A DNA stretch of 64,000 nt, taken from Bispira polyomma (lineage: Eukaryota). The stretch is from NCBI GenBank assembly GCA_965649765.1, contig OZ287753.1:57908001-57972000 (forward strand), given 5' to 3'. A program made the position numbers and the translations under genes. Shown here piece by piece: positions 38,378 through 47,605 of the stretch. The notes under the pieces were generated by a model. It was not told the DNA's origin. It made no database searches and saw only the letters and a program-made list of their open reading frames with translations. How positions within the stretch are numbered: the first letter of the stretch is position 1; each line of letters starts with the position of its first letter.

Positions 38378-40908
38378 CCATTGTGTTAACCTTGACCAGG
38401 GGACAGCCTGAAAGTACGGTCGGGTCTAAACCAAAAAAAGGGAAAGAATTCGATCAAGTTGTTATACTGTATTCATACACAACACAGGACTTAATTTCCT
38501 TTAGCCTCTGGCATGAGTTTTACTCTCAATGTTTTTGGGAGAGAGACCGACTGGCCAACTTGTGTAGCTGTGAGACAGAGGTAGTCACTCTCCCAGCCAA
38601 TATGAATTTACTTATCACATATATAATATATGTGGGGGAGAGCTGTGGAGAAAGATTTATTTTAGAGGTGAGAAATCTCTTTGTATTGATTTTTTTTGGG
38701 GTTATTGTTGATAAACATAAGCATATGCATGACACTATGCATTCATATTACCAGAACTTAAATGCTTCATTAATATGTACATAAAACTGTGAGCTTTGAA
38801 AGGCTGCATCAATTAAACTTAATTTAGAGTATATTTATAGAAAGCTTTGTGATACCAAAAACCTTTGTTATTAAGTTTGAAACATCAGACCCCTTCTCCT
38901 TGTTTCCAATAACAAAAGCTAGTCTCAGTTGAATAAATGCTACAACCCCCACACAACCCTTTCCCCCACTTTTTACACCAGCAAATATACAGTAAAAAGA
39001 AAAAACATTTTGCTGGAAATAAAAATTTACTAATTTTTACACAATTTTAGCCTGACTTAATTTTTATTGTTTGATTAAAGTTATTATAGTTAAAATATAT
39101 GTAAAAGTTCCAACTTGCCACTGGGAAACAATTTTCACTATCAGAACACATTAGCTAGAATAGCTGAAATTTATTCATGTTAAAAATTTCCTCGTTTACA
39201 GCAATTTGGCTGAGCTCCTTTTTTATTATTTGCCCTTAGCTTTTTTTTTTCGAGCTTTGAATGTTACAATAAAGTATACCAGTCATGTACGGCTGTGGCA
39301 TTTCTATAGCATATAAATAGACACAGACTGACATATGTGGATAAAACATGTACAGTACAATATACCAAAGGCAATATAAAAAGAACCTAAAAGGTCAACT
39401 ATTTCAAATAACCTACAGCTTGTGGAGGCAAAAGCTTTGAAATGATAATAGAATAAGGCAGTAATCTTTACACTCAATTTAACGTTGATGAGATCAAATT
39501 TGTTATCTATTCAGCATTACAGTAATATTTTTAGTATGTGTGTTCTTTCTTTACTATACAATATTTAACCAACTATATTATTGCTCTTCAATTTAATCTA
39601 TGTTTACTTAAACATGTTTTCTTCAACATAGCAACCTACAATAGTTTTTGTGTTATAATAACCTGTCAAGCTGAGACATCTATGCACATTCATTAGCCTG
39701 CAGCTGACAGTCTCCAGAGAGATATTGATAAGCTCATGATGTAAATAAGTCCAGTAAAGTTACTGTTAGGTTTAATATAGCATAAAGCTGAATTTAATCA
39801 TAATTTCAGATGTGGTGACAATAATCTTTACAAGATCTATATCGTAAAATAAAAGTTCTACAAAGATATGAGATGCAGTGTGAAATAACAATTGTCACAA
39901 CTCCCCAGTGCCTTAAAGTAACAGGTAAAAAGTTTTGTGTTCTGTTATTGTTATTTCTCATGCACATACAGGAGTGCCTGGAGGATGGAAGAGGGGTCAA
40001 TGGCATCATACAACATACCACTGATCAAATTAACTAGGCATGATATTTTTTTATTGGCTGTCTTCATAAAGTTCGAATTTCTCCAGGAAGGATTATGAAT
40101 AGGTGGCTAATGACATAATAATTTTGTTGCGCTTTAGTGGTGTTTTTATGTAGAAATTCCGTTTTTTAAATTCACAAATTATATCAAACAGAAGAAACAA
40201 CACAACTTTGTAATACTATTTCGAATTCTCTTTTTGCAGGTTCAATTTTTGCCAGACTAAGCTATGTAGATTTCACATTAACCTATCCTGTAGACACATT
40301 GTGTAGTTTAAAAACGAGAGAAATAAAAATGACCAGTGTATTTTGGTTGCAATCAGTTGATTTTTATAATTTCTATAAATGCATAGTGTGGGAGTCTGAA
40401 ATTTCTGGTTCATCTATGGTTAGACATAAAGAAATACACAGACTTGGAGCCAAGTTTTTCAGGTTTCCTGTTCTGCATAAAAGTGAGCTGAAGCTATCAA
40501 AAAGGCCATTTGGATGATTGGTATTAGGTGGATATGGAAAAAACGTGGGTGCCTTAGCTTAATACTAATATCTTTAACATATCTGCCATCTCTTCCTCAT
40601 TGCATAAAAACACACAGCACATTATAACAAGCCTTGGTTCACAAGGCGCAGTGGCACAGCAAATGTCATCAATACCAATATCATATTATATCTGCCTGTA
40701 AGAGTTACATTTATCATTCAACATGCATTTGCACAAATTTTAGTAAGCAGAATGACTACAAGACTATATAATGTTGTTCGGATAATTATTCATAGTATTT
40801 TTAACACACATTATTGATGCTAGCTATCCTCAAAAGTGCAACATGACACTCTAGGCAATATTATGGACTGAGTCACCAAGTTTACAGAAATATAGTAACC
40901 ACATATTT

Positions 40909-41120
40909 TACACAGCACGACCCTAAAGGGGTATGCTTATTCAGTTCCCTTAGCAAATATATACCTTTACCTTAACCCCTAGGGGTCCATTCGAGTACTG
41001 TTCAATGGCCTCTCTTTCGATTAACCAATGGGAGACATTTGAACCCCAAATTTTACCTCTCACATGGTCATCCTACCATATTGAATTTCGTTTTACAAGA
41101 GACAACATTAGAAATATTTT
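40909..41120 (+). repeat. Element 2 repeat A1 (probable internal promoter)
   Basis: 212-bp exact copy of A2; contains taaccaat and ccatattgaattt, also present in element 1 A1. Confidence 0.95.
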
Positions 41121-41241
41121 TGGCGACACTTAATGACAAAGTGTCTGAACTTTATAGCCTTTTAGTATTTTAGTTTTTTACCTTGGAGTGGGTTTTATCA
41201 TATACATATTGTTTTAACTGTGAATTATATACCGTGTACAC

Positions 41242-42555
41242 ATGGGACGAGCTAAGAAAACACCGATGAAGGCAGCACCCAAGTCGAAACAACAGAAGAA
41301 GTCTACTGTGAAGGGTACAAAGGGTAATGTAGCTCATACCACTGACATGAATGAAAGTATTATAGAAGACCTACGGGTACCGTCCGAGCAAGCTCTCTGC
41401 TCTCATCAAAATTCGCCTCAAGCGGGATGTTCCACCTTCCCGATGGCGGGCTCGGTAGATTTACAACATCCAATGCCACAAGCGATGCAATCCGTTACTT
41501 CGGTTAATCCTACCAGTGATAACGTAGCAATATTGACAATGTTGAATCGAATGGAGCAATCTAACGCTGCCATAGCCCGTTGGTTGGACCAGATAGAAGC
41601 TAGGGGGGTTACACCTGTACAGACAACTGCCGTGTCCACTACAGCGCTTCAACCGGCTTACGTACCCTCACCAGTGATACAGCCTACCAGTGGTTATGGA
41701 AATATAACCGGTTCGCCTGCTTCAGTCGTGCAGCCAGCGTCCGTATCCAGCACAGCGCTTCCACCAGCTTATGTTCAGCCTACCAGCGGTTATGGACGTT
41801 TGGTCGGGCCCACTACTACAGCTTCAACCTCAGCTGAATACACACGTGATGGAATTGTTCCTAAGACGGACATTCTGAGGTCGATGCCCGAGGTGCAAGC
41901 CTTAGTGAATCAGCGGCTGGCTGAGTATGAAGTCAGGGCACAAGCTATCTTTAACCAAGGTAAGGTTCATTCGCGACAGAAGTCGGGACGTTATAACAAT
42001 ACTGACATAGCGGCCACAGATCCGCGCATGAAATGGGCTAACGAAGGTTGGAGTGGGGGGTCTTCACGTAAGCGTCCAACGTTTGACGAGCTTTCCCTTC
42101 CACATTGGGCTGCAGGGCAGTTGTGTAATGCTCTACAGATAAGCGACAACCAGCTGTTACGTGATATGATCCAGCAAGTAGTACTCTCGCTGAAGGATGC
42201 TTCGTCGCTCCCCTGGGAGGTCGTCCGCACGGCTTGGGCGACAAGCATGCAGGAGGTCGAGGAAGGTCGGCTGACCTGGAATAACACTACTCAGTGGTCG
42301 CTCAACCGAATTAGCGCGTCCCAGACAGTGATGGCTAATTCATCTCACAGCACAGGTTCGGCTGGTGCGTATACGAGGAGATCCACGATTTGCAAGTTGT
42401 TTAATTCAGGGAAATGTTCCCAGAAGAATGATCATGGAAATTACAAGCATGCCTGCTGGCATTGTGCTACCGTTTTGAATAAAGATTCGCCTCATCCTGA
42501 GTTTAAGTGCTACAAGGCTAATTCCACAAAACAGTTGGAAAATAAGCATAGTTAG
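41242..42555 (+). CDS. Element 2 gag-like protein, 437 aa, C-terminal Cys/His fingers
   Basis: ATG start; basic N-terminus, low-complexity middle, conserved C-terminal half, CKLFNSGKC..HGNYKHACWHC..HPEFKC. Confidence 0.9.
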   Translation: MGRAKKTPMKAAPKSKQQKKSTVKGTKGNVAHTTDMNESIIEDLRVPSEQALCSHQNSPQAGCSTFPMAGSVDLQHPMPQAMQSVTSVNPTSDNVAILTMLNRMEQSNAAIARWLDQIEARGVTPVQTTAVSTTALQPAYVPSPVIQPTSGYGNITGSPASVVQPASVSSTALPPAYVQPTSGYGRLVGPTTTASTSAEYTRDGIVPKTDILRSMPEVQALVNQRLAEYEVRAQAIFNQGKVHSRQKSGRYNNTDIAATDPRMKWANEGWSGGSSRKRPTFDELSLPHWAAGQLCNALQISDNQLLRDMIQQVVLSLKDASSLPWEVVRTAWATSMQEVEEGRLTWNNTTQWSLNRISASQTVMANSSHSTGSAGAYTRRSTICKLFNSGKCSQKNDHGNYKHACWHCATVLNKDSPHPEFKCYKANSTKQLENKHS

Positions 42556-45336
42556 GACCTTGACCGACTACCAGTGAAAGAAACATTAGCAGTGAGTTGT
42601 AGGGACAGAACTGTAAAAACTGATGTATCTAAGTCAATAAATTTCAAAGATAATGACATTGTAAACTATACTGATCAAGGCATTTTGCCCAACTATTTGG
42701 AAATTATTCATAATGATAAACAATGCATGCATAATATAATTGATATCAATGATACTGGCATTGCTACACAGTTTGAGGGCAACCAAATGGAACATAATGA
42801 GGAAAAAAAGATTATATATGAAAATCGTACACATGTAGACAGTCCTTATAGTGATTCTGGGGATACAACCAATAAAAATAAAAAATTGGCAAATATAACA
42901 GGTGAAGACAAGTTCCATTTGGGTACCACAAATACTGTAAGAAATGTTTCTAATTTTAGTGCTAAATGTCCACAGGGCATGGAAAGCAGTGGTTACAATG
43001 TGTTAGATTCCACACAAGCATATGTGGAGATTTCGAAAACAAATTGGCAATTTTGCACCGATATTGGGGGACCATTGTTCCCCGTGGTTTTCTTGAACTC
43101 TCTTCACTCAGAAATTAATGGTTTTTATACCTGGAGGGATGGGGGTCACACAAAAGGGAGTGCATTAGTAAAATGTCTTGGCACTCCAATAGGTCCTATT
43201 CATATTTTAGGAAAATTCTGTACACAGGTAACCATCATGGAAAGTCATGAGGACATTATGGATGTTCATAATGTATACATTCCTACGGATACTGATCACA
43301 TGGTGGCTAGAAATACCTGCTATCATTATAAGAAAGATATTGAATGTCAACAACGGGATAATGTTAATTATACTACATATATAACTAACTTAATCGATAA
43401 GTTGATTGAAGCTGATGATATAGTCACATAGCCATTTCATAATTGTACAAACTTGGACATGCATGAAGGGAAGACAAAACTTCATCGCAAGGACAAGTCA
43501 CTGGATGGAGGACAAGCAAATATCACAGTGTACGAATTTAAGGATCATGGTTCAGAGATAGATAGTCAGAATAAGGTAATTAAGGATTTTAACTTTCCAG
43601 ATAAGGATATGGGTTTTATTGCTTTAAGTCATACAGAATTTGAATTCTGTGGCCCAGATAGGGCTCCAATTAAAATTACTACAGTGCAACAAATGGTGGA
43701 TATAGCTCACACAATCAAGGATTCTGGTTGTGCCAATTATAAGGGCGCCAGAATTCCAATAGCTTCTGGATTACAAATCCAGGCTTGGGAGAAGGTCTTG
43801 CTTGATTATCCGGATAAGTTATTACTCCAATATTTAACTTTTGGGTTTCCACTTTCTCTTGAGCGTTCTGAAAATCTAACAGTTAAGGAAGTTTCTAATC
43901 ATAGTTCTGCCCTGCAACATGCAGAGGCAGTTAGTCAATATATCAGTAAGGAACAAGTCAATGGTGCCATGTTAGGTCCAGTTAAGAAAATAGATAGCGA
44001 GTTGTTTCACTGTTCCCCCTTACTCACTCGTCCTAAAGACAAAAATAAACACAGAGTGATCCTTAACCTCTCTTATCCGGAAGGCAATTCGGTTAACAGT
44101 AATGTAGATAAACAACGTTTCGATGGAGTCGAATTCGCTTTAAAGTTCCCTACCATAGATGACATTGTAGCAAAAATCAGGGATACTGATAATCCTAAGA
44201 TATTCAAGTTGGATATTTCGAGGGCATTTAGAAATTTAAGAATAGATCCGGTCGATGCCATGAAGCTAGGTATCTGTTTTGATGAATATAAGTATATTGA
44301 TCCGGCTATGGCGTTCGGATGGATACACGGATCCGGATCTTTTCAGAGATGCTCTGACGTCATAGCTTACACCATGAGCAAACGTAAACATACTATATTT
44401 TGCTACATTGATGACTACATCGGAATATCACCTGCTCATGAGGCAAAAGGCGCTTTTAACGAACTTTATGACTTAGTAACGTCCTTGGGTCTTCCCCTAA
44501 ATCCGGACAAGATCTCACGTCCTAGTAGAAATATAACTTGCCTGGGGATAGATATTGACATAGAGGAGGGCATTATTAGTATTTCCAAGGAAAAATTGGA
44601 ACAAACTTACGAATGTTGCCAACAAGCTTTTAATAAGAAGTGGATGTCTAGAAGAAATTTCCAATCTGTCTTAGGCAGGCTTCTCTATGTTCATAAGTGT
44701 GTTAAACCGGCTAGGATTTTTATAAATCGATTATTAATGGCTTTCAGGAAGAATGCTCATGCAAAACGATTTCATATTACTAATGATATAAAAGCAGATT
44801 TGCTTTGGTTTATACGTTTTCTTCCCTTGTATAATGGCATAACTTATATCGATCCAATAATTCCTCCTCACCAGAATGAAGTATTCATTGATGCATGCTT
44901 AACTGGTTTAGGGGGGGTTTATACTGACCAAGTTTTTGCTTCTCCATTTTATAACATCTATAACCAGCATCTGTCCATAGTGCATATTGAAATGCTTAAT
45001 ATATTAATTGCCTTGCGTGTGTGGGGGATACAGTGGAAACATAAGAGAATAATTATTAACTGTGACAACATGGCTGTGGTACTGGTAGTTAGGTCTGATA
45101 AGACTAAGGACCAATTTTTAGCTTTATGTTTAAGGAATATGTGGCTGCTTACTGCAGCTTATGACATTACTTTAATTATTCAGCATGTTAGGGGGAAGGA
45201 CAATACTATAGCAGACATTTTATCAAGGTTATACTCAGACCACCCACCAACTGGTCACCAGCTCCACATGTTAGAAACAGGATATAAATGGCATAGTATT
45301 CCTATTCAATATTTTAACTTAAATTTACATGTTTAA
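42556..45336 (+). CDS. Element 2 pol: N-terminal extension + RT + RNase H, in frame with gag; one internal TAG at 43429-43431
   Basis: 41242, 42574 and 43453 share one frame; KLDISRAFRNL, AFGWIHGS, CYIDDY, DAC..E..CDN..ADILSR. Confidence 0.92.
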
Positions 45337-45342
45337 TTGTAG

Positions 45343-46319
45343 GAACCAACACCGTGACTCAACACCTTATGAATTCTGCATGGAAACGGGTCTCTTCAGC
45401 ATTACGTCCAAAGACTACTGCTACATACAACCAACAGTTTAGAACTTTCATTGCTTTTCTTATATTTGTTGGCATAGAGGACATTTCAACTAATTCTGTT
45501 ATAGCATTTTTGGAGTACCTGGTGCAAAACGGGTCTTCCCCTAATGTTTTAACCAACCATTTATCAGCTCTAAAGTTCACAGCTAACAAACTATATTGGA
45601 ACCAAAATATTTTCGAAAATGCTTCAGTTTCCATGTTCATTAGGAGTTTGTCACATTCTTCTACTTTTAGACCTCAACCTAGGGGTATTTTTGATATTAC
45701 ACATTTACAACAGATATCTAAAGCATGTGACATTCTGGGGGATCCCCCATTATATAGGGCAATATTTCTGGTGGCATACTTTGGATTCCTTAGAATCTCA
45801 AACATTGCTTCACATTCCAGAAATAAATTTGACCCCACTCGTCATTTCCTTAGAAAGGATGTTGTGTTTGGCCATCCTGGAGCCCATTTAATACTTAAAT
45901 GGGCTAAGAACCTACAAAATAGATCAGAACATCATGTAATTCAATTACCCCAACTGGAGAATATACATTTGTGCCCAGTCAGGGCACTTCATAAATTGTT
46001 AGATTCAAGGTCTTTGCCTTTGGAGTGTCCACTTTTTGTTACTGCAAGTTTTCCTCATGTTCCCATTGTGGACACTCATGTCAGATATTCTTTAACTTTA
46101 GTTTTACAACATATAGGTATACCACACAAAGGTCATAGTTTCCACACATTTAGAAGGTCAGGAGCTACCTATGCTTTTAACAATAACGTTTCTCTCCAAA
46201 ACATTATGTCTCACGGGTTATGGAGATCTTCAGCAGTCTGGGTTTATCTTCAGAAAACTCCTCAGGCTGCTGCAACTATTCCCCTTGCATTTGCTTCCTC
46301 TATCCCTTCTTCCCTTTAG
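45343..46319 (+). CDS. Element 2 tyrosine recombinase
   Basis: FLRISNI, WAKN, HTFRRSG, HGLWRS, VYL; clearly homologous to element 1 YR over its full length. Confidence 0.95.
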
Positions 46320-46326
46320 TTTGGCT

Positions 46327-46744
46327 TGGGATATTTTAAAATTCTCTCTTTAAATTTTAAAAAAACTTGAAATTTTTTGACCTACCCTGTATATACCTTA
46401 CTAATGTGTATATAAAATAAACCTCAAACTACTATCTATTAATTTCATTTACTTCACCTTTAATTACTACAAGGTCACCTAATCTGCTTCTTATCTCTAT
46501 ATCTTTACCTCACTTTGCAAACAGGAGAACTGTACACAGCACGACCCTAAAGGGGTATGCTTATTCAGTTCCCTTAGCAAATATATACCTTTACCTTAAC
46601 CCCTAGGGGTCCATTCGAGTACTGTTCAATGGCCTCTCTTTCGATTAACCAATGGGAGACATTTGAACCCCAAATTTTACCTCTCACATGGTCATCCTAC
46701 CATATTGAATTTCGTTTTACAAGAGACAACATTAGAAATATTTT
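46327..46744 (+). repeat. Element 2 internal B1 (46327-46532) + A2 (46533-46744) junction
   Basis: Direct copies of B2 and A1. Confidence 0.95.
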
Positions 46745-46833
46745 CCCGCCTCCTCCCCTTACCACAGCTAGTTTAAGGAAATTTTGAGATATACAAGATA
46801 TAATATGTATTATTTGTTACTCTTCCTACAATC

Positions 46834-46975
46834 GGGCCCAAGACCGAGTGGAGGCCGAGTCCAGTCTACTTAAACCTCTCCCCTGAGCATCACATTTAGG
46901 GAGCCAGGGTGGAATAAGAGCTCTGAGAGGCTGGACTTACCTCTGCCAGGCGGTGTTGTCCAAGGTCTTGGGTTC
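46834..46975 (+). ncRNA. Putative structured cis-element in element 2 spacer
   Basis: Stems gggcccaagacc/ggtcttgggttc, gtggagg/cctctgc, gagtccagtct/aggctggactt; unpaired AGGCGGT. Confidence 0.55.
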
Positions 46976-47399
46976 TAATGGCATTGCAGTGTACTTGCTG
47001 TAGGTAGAGAGCGTCCCTATTAGGGGTAATCATATTTGAGCGTAGGACATTAGATTATGTTATTAGACTATATAAAGATATTTATTTAGATTTTATGTAT
47101 TAGGAGTTGCATATCGAACATATATGTGCACATAAGAGGCACAAATTATGATCTTAACGTATAGAGACTAACGTAAAATAGGTATTGCATAGGATATAAT
47201 CACTGGATTATGAGTTGTAGAGAGTGACGGCTTATTAGGACAGTATAGACTTTATGGTTTACATATATGAAGGGTGCTGTTAGTAGAGTGAAGGAGATTT
47301 AGTATATGCCTGTGTTTAACGACATACTTCAGTTATGGTATTTGCTATACACTGTTTAAATTGTCTTATTGTGATTTGATTTATGAGTATTACTCATAG

Positions 47400-47605
47400 T
47401 GGGATATTTTAAAATTCTCTCTTTAAATTTTAAAAAAACTTGAAATTTTTTAACCTACCCTGTATATACCTTACTAATGTGTATATAAAATAAACCTCAA
47501 ACTACTATCTATTAATTTCATTTACTTCACCTTTAATTACTACAAGGTCACCTAATCTGCTTCTTATCTCTATATTTTTACCTCACTTTACAAACAGGAG
47601 AACTG
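47400..47605 (+). repeat. Element 2 terminal repeat B2 (contains AATAAA)
   Basis: Copy of B1; tactaat(a/g)tgtatataaaataaa..ctcaaact shared with element 1 B. Confidence 0.95.

Larger units (their letters stand above)
40909..47605 (+). mobile_element. YR retrotransposon 2 (Ngaro/PAT-type split direct repeats), full length, nearly intact
   Basis: A1 40909-41120 identical to A2 46533-46744; B1 46327-46532 vs B2 47400-47605 differ at 3 of 206 bp; gag, RT/RNase H and YR ORFs; empty paralogous site at 57438/57439. Confidence 0.97.

Noticed and set aside
43429-43431. Second TAG in element 2 pol as another readthrough site
   Set aside because: No stop at the equivalent position in element 1 and a different context; probably a disabling point mutation
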